64,000 bases of DNA from the NCBI RefSeq assembly GCF_006345805.1, contig NC_042999.1, positions 42,842,001-42,906,000 on the forward strand, in the 5' to 3' direction. The stretch comes from Octopus sinensis. Its lineage: Eukaryota. A program made the position numbers and the translations under genes. The notes under the pieces were generated by a model. It saw nothing but the letters and a program-made list of their open reading frames with translations, was not told where the DNA came from and searched no databases. Positions 24,681-37,853 of this stretch are shown here, piece by piece (position 1 is the stretch's first letter; the number at the start of each line of letters is the position of its first letter).

Positions 24681-24699
24681 TATATATATATATATATAG

Positions 24700-24752
<53 letters not shown>

Positions 24753-24797
24753 TATATATATAGATATAGTTATATATATATGTATATATATATATAA

Positions 24798-24869
<72 letters not shown>

Positions 24870-24877
24870 TATATACC

Positions 24878-25265
24878 ACAGGCGCAGGAGTGGCTGTGTG
24901 GTAAGTAGCTTGCTAACCAACCACATGGTTCCGGGTTCACTCCCACTGCGTGGCATCTTGGGCAAGTGTCTTCTGCTATAGCCCCAGGCCGACCAATGCC
25001 TTGTGAGTGGATTTGGTAGACGGAAACTGAAAGAAGCCTGTCGTATATATATATATATGTATATATGTATATATGTGTGTGTTTGTGTGTCTGTGTTTGT
25101 CCCCCTAGCATTGCTTGACAACCGATGCTGGTGTGTTTACATTCCCGTCACCTAGCGGGCTTACAAAGAATAAGTCCCGGGGTCGATTTGATCGACTAAA
25201 GGCGGTGCTCCAGCATGGCCGCAGTCAAATGACTGAAACAAGTAAAAGAGTAAAAAAAAAAGAGA
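24878..25265 (+). mobile_element. SINE family A with an internal deletion
   Basis: ggcgcaggagtggctgtgtggtaagtagc head; tail complete; segment between cctagcgg and gcttacaaag missing. Confidence 0.88.
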
Positions 25266-25394
25266 GTTATATATATATATATATATGTAAATATATTATA
25301 TATATATATAGTTATATACATATATATATATAAATATATATACATATATATATATATAAATATATAATTTTAATCCAAACGGGAAACAAAAAAA

Positions 25395-25660
25395 CAACAA
25401 CAATGGAACAATTACAGTATTATTATTAATAGGCGCTCAGGAAATGGAAGCAGGGAGGTATGACGTTTCGAGCGGAGCTCTTCGTCGGAAACATAAAGAA
25501 GGAAGAGAGAGGAAAGAAAGATCCCAGAGCGGGCAACAGGGAAAGAGAAAAAAGACGACTGGTGTTTACGAGTTGCACATGGTGAAAGGCGGATGTTTAC
25601 GATAACAAGAGCAAAGTGGGTTTTTAAAGGCAAAAGAGTGGAGACAAGGTTGGTAACGCA
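25395..25660 (-). mobile_element. pLTR-like fragment with a minimal hammerhead (U4>C)
   Basis: rc reads gttt-CCGACGA-A-GAGC tcc GCTC-GAAA-CG-TC-atac at 25492-25458; related to 9515-10043. Confidence 0.6.
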
Positions 25661-25669
25661 ACAGATGTG

Positions 25670-28440
25670 TGTGTATGTGTGAGTGTGTGCGTGTGCGTGT
25701 GTGTATGTGTGTGTGTGAGGCGAGATGAAAAAACAAAAAAATATATATGTGTGTGTTAGTGTGTGCGTCTGTGTGTAGGCGTGTGAGGTAGGGCGAGACT
25801 AGTGGTCAGCTTAGCAGACAAGGTCAGTAGTAAGAAAAAGAAGGAAGGAGGAAGGGAGGGAGGGGAAGGGGTGGGGGCGTATGTAGCGTGCCAGCGTGTG
25901 TTGAGTAGTAGTGTGTGTGTGTGTGTCCAGTGTCGTGGTGGTATTAATGGCGAGTAGATTGAATGTGTGTAAGAGTAATGTATATATTTAAGCAATGTGT
26001 GTATATGTGTGCGCGTGTGTGTAACGAAAAAGAGGGGGGGTTAAGGAAAAAGGACTCCAGCTGAGGGGAAGATGGAAGAGTGGTCCCGCGGAGACGGGCG
26101 TGGGAAAACCCAACGACACGCGACGGTCCCAGGAACGGGCGGGCGGTCTCGTCGGGTCAAGAGCGAGGTGCATGCGGCGCGTATGCGTGCGCGAACTGGC
26201 GCAAGCGCGTGTGTGCGCGCGCCTGCGAGTATGCGCGTAAGTATGTATGTGTGTGGATGTGTAAGTGTGTCTGTGTGTATGTCTGGGTGGCAGTGTGTCC
26301 GATGAATGTATGTGAGTATGTGTGTATGTATGTGTGTGCATAGATGTATGTCCGTGTGTGTGTGTGTGTGTATGTGTGTGAGTGTGTATGTATGTACGTG
26401 TGGGTGTGGGGAAGTGTGTGTATGTGCATGTGTGTGCGCGTACATACAGGTGTGTGAGTGAGTGTGTGTGTGTGTATTATGTGGAGTGTGTATGTATGTG
26501 GTATGTGTGTGTAGGATGCATGTATGTGTATGGGTGTATGTATGCGTGTGTGTATGTATGTATGTGTACGTGCGTGTGTGTTGTGTGTTGCGTGTAGCGT
26601 GCGCGTGTGCATGCATGCATGCATGTGCGTATGTGTGTGTGTGCATGTGTGGGGGTATATATGTATGTGCGTATATGTGTGTGTATGTGCGTACATGTGT
26701 GTGTGTGTATTGCATGTGTGTGTATGTAGGTGTGTAGGCGTGTGTGTGTATAGGTGTATGTATGTAAGTATGTATGGGTGTGTCCGTGTATATGGTGTAT
26801 GTATGTGTGTGTATGTAGGTGTGGGGCGTGTGTATATGTGTGTGTATGTAGGTGTGTGGGCGTGTGTATATAGGTGTATGTGTGTATGTCTGGGTGTGTC
26901 CGTGCATGTTTGTGTGTGTGTGTGTATGCATGTGTATGTAGGTGTGTGTGTACGTGTGTAATGTATGTGTGTATGCGTGTGTATGCGTGCGTGTGTGTAT
27001 GTAGGTGCGTGTGTATGTGTGTGGGAGTGTAGGTGTGTGTGTGCGTGTGCGTGTTTATGTTGTTGTTGTGTGCGTATGTGAGTGTGAGTTGTATGTGTTT
27101 GTCATGCATGTGTGTGCGCGTGCAGGTGAGTGTGAGTGAGTGTGTGTGTAAGTATGTGTGTGTGTATGTTTGTGTGAGTATGTATGTGTGTATGTCTGTG
27201 TGTATGTATGTGCGTATAGGAGTATGTGGGTATGTGTGTGTATGTATATGGGTGTGTGTATGTATGTATGTGTGTGTGTGTGCATGTGTATAAGTATATG
27301 TGTGTGTGCGTATGTGTGTATATGTGTATGTGTGTGTGTTATGTATGTGTGTGTATGTATGTGTGTAGGCGTGGTGTGTAGATGTATATGTATGGGTGTG
27401 GTCCGTGTGTGTTTGTGTGTGTGTGTAGGTAGATGTGTGTGTCTGAGTGAGGGTATGGCTGTGTAGGTGTGTGTGTGTATGAATGTAAGTGTGTGTGTAT
27501 ACAAGTGTAATGTGTGTATGTAGGTGTGTGTGTGTGTATGTGTACGTGTGCGTGTGTATGTGTGTGTGTGTATGCGTGTGAGTGTGAGTGTATGGGTGTA
27601 TGTCTGTGTGTGTGCATGTCTGAAGTAGGTATGTATGTGTATGTATGTATGTGTGTGTGTGTGCAGGTATGTGTGTGTATGTGTGTGTGAGTAGGTGTGC
27701 GTGTATGTATGTGGGTAGGGATGCATGCGAGTGTGTGGGTATGTATGCATACATACGCACGCGCACATCCGAAGCAAGCCCACACACACGGAGCGCGCTC
27801 ACGCACACAACGCACAAGCAGTACAACGCAAGCCCAAGGGGCCGACCAAGCCCCAGCGCGCGCCAAGGCGCGCGAGCGCAAAGGCCCTCGAACGCCCCGC
27901 TACGCGGGAACCGAGGATCCGTCAGCCAAAACCGGAAAGCAAAAAGAGGGGGGGCTGCTGGATGCAAAAAGGTGTATGTGTGTGTGCATTCAGTGTAAGG
28001 GTGTGCATGTGTGGGTATGTATGTATGTAGTGCCTACATGTATGTTTGCATGTGTGTGTGTGAAGTATGTACGTGCGCGGTGTGTGTGTGTGAGTGTGTG
28101 TGTATGTATGTGCGTATGCTGTGTGTGTGTGTGTATGTGTGTATGTATGTCTGTGTGTGTGTGTGTGTGTAAGTATGTATGTGTGTGCGTATGTATGTAT
28201 GTGTGTGTGTATGTGCATGTTGGTTTGTATGTTAGTGTGTGCTAGTATGTCTGTAAGTGTGTGTGATTAAATGTGTGAATGTATGTACGTAGATGGGTCT
28301 ACGTATGTGTGTGTGTGAACAGGCGTGTGGGAGGTAGGTGGGTGGGTGTGTGCGTGTGGGAGGTAGGTGGGTGGGTGTGTGCGTGTGGGAGGTAGGTGGG
28401 TGGGTGTGTGTGGGTGGTGTGTCCAAAAAGAAAAAAAAAA
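25670..28440. repeat. 2.8-kb degenerate (GT)/(GTAT) tract with two GC-rich islands
   Basis: Direct reading; islands at about 26040-26230 and 27760-27970; three 29-bp G-rich repeats start at 28323, 28352 and 28381. Confidence 0.9.
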
Positions 28441-28448
28441 AACGGATC

Positions 28449-30650
28449 TCAAGAGGAGGGGGCTGTGTTAAGTACGTGTGGGGTGGTAGTTTGTAGGGTG
28501 AAGATGTAGCGTTGCTCCAAGTGGAGCCTGGAAAGTGGGCGACCATGGTGGGGGGCGAGACCAAACACTGAGATGTCATCTAGGGAATGGCCGGCCGAGC
28601 GGAAGTGGCGTGCGACGGGAGAAAGAGAGTGTAGGCGAACGTCCCTCAAGTGTTCAGTGAAACGGTCGGACAACCGGCGTCCCGTCTGTCCTACATACAG
28701 CATCCCGCATAGGTTGCATTTAATGCAGTAAATAAGGCCAGACGAGGTGCACGTAAAAGAGTGCCTAATGCGTACAGTGTGCAGGTGGAGCCGGTGACAG
28801 CGGTGGTGTTGGTGATGAAGGGGCAAGTGTTGCAGCGGGATCTAGAGCAAGGGAATGATCCGTGTGGGGTGAGGGGGAAGGAGAGAGGGTGCTGTGGACC
28901 AGGAGGTCACGCAGATTGCGGGCTCGTTTGAAAGAGGACAGGGGTAGGTTAGGGAAAATGGGGCGGGTGGTGGGATCAAGCTGGAGGCGACGGAAGGCAC
29001 GTAGTATCTTGCGACGAAGGGGCAGGGTAGAGGGGTGGAAAAGGAGGGGGAAGGGGGTGCGGTTGGGGGTGGGCGGGGGGAAGGAGACAGGGCGTGTAGT
29101 GCGGTCGATGCGACGGGCGGGGTGTGAGGGCATCAGAGAGGAGTATGGGTGGGTAACCGCGGAGTCTGAACATGCGGGCCAGGTATTGAGATTGGGTCTC
29201 GAAATCCTGGTCGCGGCTGCACAAACGTCGGAGGCGGAGGAACTGGGAGTAGGGGATGGCTCGTTTGGTGTGGAAGGGGTGGGAGGAAGAGAAGTTGAGA
29301 TAGAGGTGGGAATCCGTAGGTTTAAAAAAGGCGGTGGTGGTGAGAGAGCTGGAGGGGTGATCGATGCGGAGAGAGATGTCAAGGAAGTTGACAGAGGTGT
29401 TGGAGATGGGGAGGTGAATTGAAGAGAGGGGTGAAAGTGAAAGTTGGAAAGGAAAGAGATGAATTGGCAGAGAAGTTCACGGGAAAGGGAGGTGGCACCT
29501 ACGCAGTCGTCGATATAGCGACCGTATAGTTCGGGGGTGCGGCCCAGAGAACTGGGAGAACACTTGGGCCTCAATGTAGCCAAGAAAGAGATTGGCGAAA
29601 TTGGGGCCCATCCTAGTTCCCATCGCGACCCCGGACACCTGTTGGTACGCTTCCCCGGCGAACGTGAAGCAATTGAGGGTGAGGACGAGCTCAGCCAACG
29701 TAGAAGGGTGGGGGTGCTGGGGGTGGGGTCGGGACGACGGTCGAGGAAGTGTTGGAGGGCTAGGAGACCGTCATTGTGGGGAATCACTGTGTACAGGGAT
29801 TTACATCTAAAGTGAAGAGGAGGTGTGAGGGGCTGGAAGGGAAGGAAAAGGAATTGAAGAGACGGAGGGCGTGGTTGGTGTCGTGTATGTGGGATGGGAG
29901 GGCTGCGACTAAGGGGGACAGGATGCGGTCGAGGTATAGGGAGATGAGTTCAGTGGGGCAATTACAGGCAGAGACTATGGGACGGCCAGGATTAGAGGGG
30001 TTATGGATCTGGGAAGGAAGTAGATGGTGGAGGTGCGGGGTGTGCGGACGATGAGGTTGGTGGCGGTGAGGGGGAGAGCGGAGGAGGAGATGAGGTCGTG
30101 GATGGTGGAGGACACTCGCTGTTGGTAGGAGGAGGTGGGATCGGAGGGGAGGAGGCGATAGAAGAGTGGATTTTGAAGCTGGTTGAGCGCTTCCTCCCTG
30201 TATAGGTCCGCGCTCCACACTACCACTGCCCCGCTTTTGTCCGCCGGTTTGATGACAATGTCATCACGACGGCGGAGGTGGCGAAGGGCAATGGATTCGG
30301 CCCGAGTGAGGTTGGCTCGGCGGGGTCTTGGTTCAAAGTTGAAACGGTTGACCAAAGCGTTGCAGTCATGTACAAACGAATCTAGGCTACTGAAAAGGCC
30401 TGGGGGCGGCGTCCAGATGGATGGACGACGCCCCAGCTCCAAAAGGCAATCCTGATTGTTGTGACGCTGCGGAGACGCGTGGTAGTATGCGCGAAGTTTG
30501 AGGCGGCGCAGGAACAGGTTGACATCCGCCCGAGTCTCGAACTCATCACAGTGGCGCGTGAGTGGCGTGAAGCGGAGACCCTTACTGAGGAGGGAGCGCT
30601 CAGCGGCGGATAGGGGGAGGTGGGGGTATAGTGACAACAGCGCGAGGAAG
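28449..30650 (-). pseudogene. Second Penelope-like element ORF (RT, Cys linker, GIY-YIG), GC-rich, frameshifted
   Basis: Fragments LPLSAAERSLLSKGLRFTP, IVIKPADKSGAVV, NPGRPIVSACNCPTE, GVAMGTRMGPNFANLFLG, RYIDDC, FTCTSSGLIYCIKCNLCGMLYVGQTGRRLSDRFTEH, LEQRYIFTL; stop at 28449. Confidence 0.9.
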
Positions 30651-31090
30651 CGGGGTGGTGGGAGGACTAGGGGCAGGCGGAGGGGGTGCAGGGGTGTGAA
30701 GGGGAGGGGAGGGGTGGTTGGGTGAAGATGGGTTAGGCGTAGGAAGGTCACGGTGGGGGGGGGTCCGTGGAAGGGTGGGGTAGGTGCGAAGGAGGGGGGG
30801 AACAGTGGGGGAGGATGGGGAAGGGGGTGAGGGGTTGAAGAGGAGGTGGAGTTTTTTGTTTTTTGTGTGTGTGTGAGTGGTGTTGTAGAGTTGGTGGTGA
30901 GATTAAGAATGAAGCGGAGGATAGGTTGGGTGAAGAGTGGAGGGCAGAGGGCGGAGAGAAGGAGGTAGGCCTGGGGAAGTTGATGGTCGAGGGAGTCAAG
31001 GAGGGGGCGGGTGGAGCGGATGGTGGCGCGGAGGAGGGAGCGGGAGGTACGAGCGAGGGTGGGTTCGATGAAGGGGGAGGAATAGGGGAT
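30650..31090. repeat. G-rich (plus strand) low-complexity leader of the second PLE
   Basis: Dense G-runs immediately 5' of the minus-strand PLE ORF. Confidence 0.6.
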
Positions 31091-32869
31091 GTATGTATGT
31101 ATGTACCAAGTTTCACGACAATTATACTGCCATATGGTTTGGCGAAGATTAAATAATCCAATGAAAAGAAGACAAAGGAAATTCTTTAACACATCTGTAA
31201 TTATAAGTTACAAATGTTTCCTTACTATCTCCATTAGCAACACCAGTTTACGCGAAAATTCTAAAAGAAAAATTACGTAATATTTGCGGTTTTAGACATT
31301 GGAGAGGCACTTCCTCAGACTTGCATCAAAGATGTGCTATTACATATATACATATGTATAAAAATGTATATAGAAATATGTATAAAAATGAATGTTAAAA
31401 TCAAAATTAGCAACAAGGATAGCCAGAGGTAATGCAGTACGATCGTTTCATGCAACTCCATTTAATTGAACAATGCAATCAATGCAATTCAAAATGTAAA
31501 GCAATCTTCAGCTGCACAAAGACATAGAATTTAATTAAAATAGAACAGAGTAACTTCTATGCTGAAGTAAGACAACATGTTCTTTTTCTTCTCTGGACAA
31601 TTTTACAGACAGGTCATAGGAATTATTTCCAACCTAACCATTCCTTAAAAAATTGGCACATAAACGGCGGTGCAACAGCATGGCCGCAGCTCTGAGCTGC
31701 GACAAGAAAAAAAAAGTACCTGGAATACACTATTAGCTTTATTTTTACCCTTTATTTGTTGTCAGTGAACTGCGGTCATGCTGGGGCACCTGGGGTACGA
31801 CCTTGGCGAAATTTTAGTCGAACAAATCGACCACTGTGCCTATTTTTTGTTTTCACGCCTAGCACTTATTATATCGGATTCCTTTTGCCCAGCTGCTAAG
31901 TCGATAGATGGGATTGTCATGATCGTATGTCCGTTCGATCAGAGCTGGTTTATGGCTAAACAACAACAGGTACAAATTCATAGAATGAAGGGTGGAGAGT
32001 AATGTCCAAGATACAGTTTCATTTCACACAATTAACTCTGCATGCTGGAGTTTCAAGTATGGTTCACTGCTAATCGAAGTTTTGGGAGATCTGGAATCAT
32101 GCTTAAGTCTGCTTGAATGAAACTGACGTAGTTCCACGATGCAGCAGCAACAACAACAAAAACTAACAAACAGAGGTAACTCTACACTATGACTTCACCT
32201 GGGAGAAACTGCGGTGAAACTTCATTCAAATCACAAGTTATCTTCAAAAAGCTGGGTTGTCTTTGTTTGAAAATAAATCTGTTCCATATTAAACAGTAAC
32301 AAGAAGATCACTTAGTTTTGTATGTAAAAACATGGCAGCTCTTCAATCTTTCAGCTGCATCACAAGTTCAGCGATATTATATTCCTTTAGTGTTGTCTAG
32401 ACCCTCAGGCCGCTTTGTAACCATAGATTCCAGTGGGTGTCATTCATTTCTTTGTGTAGCAAGTATCACACATACATATAAAAATACATAAATGCTCTCT
32501 CTCTCTCTCTCTCGCACTCTCTTTCTCTCTCTCCTTTCCATATATGTGTGTGTATGCGTGTGCATGTGTGTATGTATATATAATTATGCGGGGGTGCATG
32601 CATGTAGGTAGGTTGGTAGGTAGGTTGGTAGGTAGGTGGTAGGTTAGTAGGTATTGGATTCTTCCGTCGATTTCAGCGTATGAGAGTCTAACATTTTTGT
32701 TTGCTTATGTACGTACAAGAGAAAGTACGTACGTAGTGCGTGTGTACTTTACTCCTTTATATGTTCCAGCCCAAAAGCTTGTGGCCATACTGGAGCAACG
32801 CCATTTTCATCACCTTTTCAATGGACATTTTTATATAGTTGGATTTTGGTGAATGAGGAAGTTTCATAC

Positions 32870-33730
32870 TGCTACCCATATTTGAGTTTTATTCTGTGAT
32901 ATAAACTCATCTGGAATTTTGGACAGCAGACGGTTAAGATCCTTTTTTGAAAACATTTATTCCCGCTCCATCCAAACCTGTTAAGCTTTTCTGCAAGATA
33001 TTAAACAATTATAGTCCCTCAAAATCCAAGTTACTGCACTACATATTTGAGTTTCATTCCGAGATATAAACTCATCTGGAATTTTGGACAGCAGACAGTT
33101 AAGATCCTTCTTGAAAACACTTATTCCCGCTCCATCCAAACCTGTTAGGTTTTTCTGCAAGATATTAAACAGTTATGGGCCCTTAAAACCCAAGTCTCTG
33201 CACTACATGATTCTTATTCTAGACAGGGTAGGTTCCCTGATCCTTTGCTCTGAAAGTTTCCAGTATCCATCCGATTCTTTGCCTGCACATTGCCACAATC
33301 TTAATGATACGTACATGAAACGAAGCATCGTCTCTCTTATCAATCCTCAAGTCATACTCCCAAATTTGTCTCTATGATTGTCATTCCATCTGGTGCCCCT
33401 GCTCGATTCCCAAGTTTGGGTACCAGCCATTCCACAATCTTCCATATGTATATCCTTTGCATAGCCTTGTTTCAGTCTTTCCTAGTAGCTCAACATTGTC
33501 CTTGAATTACTTCGAGTTTCCCGACTAATTTGTCACTATAGGGCAAGCATGCTCCCTTGAATTAGCTTCCTGATCCTTTGCTCTGAAAGTTCCCAAGATC
33601 CATCCGGCTATTTTCCTGCACATTGCCACCATTTTAGTAAGATGTACATGAATTGAAGCATCGTTTCTCTTATCAATCCTCAGATCACACTCCCAAGTTT
33701 GTCTCTATGATTGCCATTCCTTCTGGTTTT
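32870..33730 (-). mobile_element. CR1/L2-group LINE 3' remnant with two internal tandem duplications
   Basis: rc translation gives DDASFHVRIIKIVAMCRQRIGWILETFR, IYIWKIVEWLVPKLG and SLGFKGP*LFNILQKNL...VFKKDLNCLLSKIPDE, typical of CR1-group RT C-termini; duplications of about 167 bp and about 334 bp. Confidence 0.7.
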
Positions 33731-33859
33731 AAATATTTTTGTTGCAGTGTGTCGGCATTGCTGAAAGCGAAGGGCTTGGAATGTTCCTGCTTTAAAGCGC
33801 TTGTTGTTATCTTCAGCCCATTTATATATGGCGTCTAGGTCATTCCGTAGATGTTTAGT

Positions 33860-34106
33860 ATTTACGTACGCATGTATGTATGTATGTATGTATGTATGTA
33901 TGTATGTATGTATGTATGTATGTATGTATGTATGTATGTTTGCATGTATGTATGTATGTATGTATTATGCACGTATGTATGTACGCATGTATATAAATAG
34001 GTATATCGCTTTGAATTTTGAATTCTTTGTTTCAGTGAGCCTTATGTCTTACCAGAACAAATTTTGAATAGATATTCATCTCTCTCTCCCTTTCTCTCTC
34101 TCTCTC

Positions 34107-34175
<69 letters not shown>

Positions 34176-34430
34176 CACACACATACACATACACACGCTC
34201 ATTCACATTCTATGCGCGTGTATAGAAGCGTATAAGAAGCATATATATATGGTATAGAATATTTATTAGTTATATGTTTGTATGTTTGTATTATGTATGT
34301 ATGTATGCTTGTATGTTTGTATGTATGTATGTATGTATGTATGTATGCATGTATGTATGTATGTATATATGTATGTATTATGTATATATGTATAGTATTC
34401 GAGCATATATATTAGAATATTTATTAGTGA
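33860..34430. repeat. (GTAT)n and (CT)n microsatellites
   Basis: Direct reading. Confidence 0.9.
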
Positions 34431-35224
34431 TACACACACACTTGTAAGTAAACATTATATTTCTGTATATGTTTATAAGTATGTGTGTATATCGTGTGTA
34501 TTACACATACAGGAGAAAGAATACTCAACACATGTTATAGAATATAATTATTTATTTATACAGAGGTGGTGTTTCACGCTGTCGCTATTCGAAGATTACT
34601 GTTCACTAGTTTCTTTCAGATGAAATTTACTGATAATGCTGTTGACATTTTTTTTCGTGTCGATTCTTTCTCTGGTCATGTAGCCTTAATGGTTCCAATT
34701 TAATAAAAAGTTATTATCTTCATATGGCATTGGTTCTCTTAAATTTTCATCGAGAAAAACACAGGCATATTGTTTGCAACTCTCCACGTATTTTCTTCAA
34801 ATGGATCTGTCAAAGCCATATACTTAAAAATATAAAATAATGAACCATTCTATGTGACCGAGTAGAGAATTTATCAGCTCTTGTTCGAAATACAGCGATT
34901 TCTTTTACCCTTGTTGTGCTTGATACAATATATCTACTGTTATGCTTGTCCAGGTGACTATATCAAAGTTTCCAAGGATTGTATGATGAACAGGCACAAA
35001 AATGGTTGTTAAGAGGTGTCTCGTCTAGCCTTGGGAATCCAAGGTTACAGGTTCTTACAACAAAGTACTGTTCCATTAAGCATCATCTTCCAAGCGACAT
35101 CTTCTACAACAAGCTTCTCGATATGTTGCGCAAATATATTTGTTTAGAAGTCCTGGAATGGATATAGACCCTAAAATACTTTGTAGCAATTGTCTGCGAC
35201 TTCTATGTTTTACCTTTATATTAT

Positions 35225-35416
35225 ATTTATTCCAGTCATTGGACTGCGGCCAAGCTGGGGCACCGTCTTTTGAAGGGTTTAGATTGGAGTGCGGCCAAGC
35301 TGGAGCACCGTCTTTTGAAGGATTTAGTGGAAGAGAACGATTCCAGTACTAATTTTTATGTCTAGTATATATTCTATCGATATATTTTGCCGAACCGCTA
35401 AGTAACGGGGATATAT

Positions 35417-35513
<97 letters not shown>

Positions 35514-35660
35514 TATAAATAAATATACACACACATATATATATTCTTTTGTTTCAGTCATTTGACTGCGGCCATACTGGAGCATTGCGTTTAGTCGAAC
35601 ATCGACCCCCAGAACTTATTCTTTGTAAGCCTAGTACTTATTCTATCGGTCTCAAAAGAG
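35225..35660 (-). mobile_element. Rearranged SINE family A tail fragments around a (TA)n tract
   Basis: ttcagtcatttgactgcggccatactggagca, ccgaaccgctaagtaacgggg and cttattctttgtaagcctagtac segments, some duplicated. Confidence 0.6.
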
Positions 35661-36464
35661 ACCGATAAAAAAGTCGATGGTTAAAATGTATACATAGAAA
35701 AACAATAGCTGATACTAATCTGACCCTCCTGATGAAGGACATCCGACAAATGACAATCAGGGAATTCCAGAGTTCTAGTATCACACTGATCATATCACCC
35801 TGATCAACAATTGTCTCTCTTAATTATCATTTTTCGAGCAACAAATCCAAGCCTACATTACCAAGTTATTCCTACAATACCAAGTTATTCCTGCATTTTC
35901 GAAATTGTCACAGATCATTTAACAAGTTTACTCCACTCTGAAGTCTAACTTTAAAAAGATGACAGCTTGGCCAAAAATGAACGTATTGGTCTTCGGTCCT
36001 TTGAGAGTCGTCCATCACAATTTTTTTTTTTTTTACACAGCCACAAAGAGAGGGAAACTGTATGCTCTTCCCAGTTAAAGTAGAACGACTAAGGTAACCT
36101 GTGCGATGAAATTGGTTAATAGGCAGAACCGTTCTACACCGTCCTTCAGTCGGCACATGGGGAACTATTGTTAGAATACATTCAACTTAAACTTAAAATG
36201 CGCGTTTCTCTCTGTTTTTTAAGGGGGAAATGAGGTATTCGATCCTTGTACTGACTAAATTTCAGAACTTATCAGATCATAAAAATTCAGAGAAGTTTCT
36301 ACCTTGTGTAGCTTCGACTTTCAGATAAATTTCACAATCTTAATGCAATATAATTTTCGGAATTCAGTTCTTCGATGGAACCTAGAAAATAAAGCATGAA
36401 AACACTAAAATATATTTGTGTAGATCACTAGAAAAATATATATCTTATCTCAAATTCCTATTTT

Positions 36465-37530
36465 ACCCAAATGGACCTCACCTCCTAATTCCTATTTTAT
36501 ACAAATGGACCCCCCACCCTCTGATTCCTATTTTACACAAATGGACACCCCCACTTTCTGATTCCTATTTTACACAAATAGACCCCCCACCCTCTGATTC
36601 CTATTTTACACAAATGGACCCCCCACCATCTGATTCCTATTTTACACAAATGGATCCCCCAACATCTGATCCCTATTTTACACAAATGGACCCCCCACCA
36701 TCTGATTCCTATTTTACACAAATGGACACCCCACCATCTGATTCCTATTTTACACAAATGGACCCCCACCATCTGATTCCTATTTTACATAAATGGACCC
36801 CCATCCCCACCATCTGATTCCAATTTTACACAAATGGATCCCCACCATCTGATTCCTATTTTACACAAATGGACCCCCACCCCCACCATCTGATTCCTAT
36901 TTTACACAGATGGACCCCACCGTCTGATTCCTATTTTACACAGATGGACCCCACCCTCTGATTCCTATTTTACACAGATGGACCCCACCCTCTGATTCCT
37001 ATTTTACACAAATGGACCCCACCCTCTGATTCCTATTTTACACCGATGGCCCCCCACCCCCACCGTCTGATTCCTATTTTACACAGATGGACCCCACCGT
37101 CTGATTCCTATTTTACACAAATAGACCCCACCCCCACCGTCTGATTCCTATTTTACACAGATGGACCCCCACCCCCACCGTACCGTCTGATTCCTATTTT
37201 ACACAGATGGACCCCCACCCCCACCGTCTGATTCCTATTTTACACAGATGGACCCCACCCTCTGATTCCTGTTTTACGCAAATGGACCCCCCACCCTCTG
37301 ATTCCTATTTTACACAAATCGACCCCCACCCCCACCCTCTGATTCCTATTTTACACAAATGGACACCCACCCCCACCATCTGATTCCTATTTTACACAAA
37401 TGGACCCCACCGTCTGATTCCTATTTTACACAGATGGACCCCACCGTCTGATTCCTATTTTACACAGATGGACCCCACCCTCTGATTCCTGTTTTACACA
37501 AACTGACCTCCCTCTTTAATTACTCTTTTA
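36465..37530. repeat. Minisatellite, about 36-bp unit, about 30 copies
   Basis: Consensus ctgattcctattttacacaaatggaccccccaccat; the C-run varies, giving units of about 33-45 bp. Confidence 0.95.
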
Positions 37531-37796
37531 TACAAATGGACCCTCATAACCAGTCGATGTTTAAAAAAACTCACTTTATCGTTAAATATTATTAGAAATT
37601 ACATAAAAAATTAAAATATTATCACTTCACACTTCGATATCGATAAAATAATCAGTAATATAAACAATATTGACAAAACATATATAGTTACACTATAATT
37701 AGACTTTCCTACTAGTGATAAATTTACTCCACGATATTTGATATAACTGATTTTAAATTCAGTGTTATAAACTGGTAAAAACAGAGAAACGCCTAC

Positions 37797-37853
37797 CTTG
37801 TACTGACTGAACAAGTTTCACAATGTCTTTATAATATAATCTCCGATGGATAT
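37797..37853 (-). other. Candidate 57-nt symmetric (phase 1-1) exon, cassette A
   Basis: rc: ttttccttcttttatcttgtAG | at atc cat cgg aga tta tat tat aaa gac att gtg aaa ctt gtt cag tca gta caa g | GTaggc; open frame (D)IHRRLYYKDIVKLVQSVQ. No transcript evidence. Confidence 0.35.

Noticed and set aside
26041-28245. Long ORFs up to 496 aa (His/Thr or Val/Cys rich)
   Set aside because: Produced by the stop-poor degenerate (GT)n tract.
34979-35167. 62-aa ORF with faint LINE-RT-like or helicase-like words
   Set aside because: Similarity is too weak to assign by eye in either strand; would need a profile search.
35722-35765. CTGATGA-A-GGA ca TCC-GACA hammerhead-like string
   Set aside because: GAAA is replaced by GACA and stems I and III do not pair convincingly; at most a decayed relic.
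36416-36817. 133-aa ORF of SDSYFTQMDPPP repeats
   Set aside because: The frame is kept only because the unit is 36 bp; it breaks as unit length varies and has no gene context.
37611-37814. ORF with a hydrophobic C-terminus suggesting a membrane protein; LRR/Toll-like words in neighbouring frames
   Set aside because: Starts at TTG, homologous copies have stops in the same frame, and AT-rich DNA yields hydrophobic runs. Kept only as a possibility under the cassette finding.
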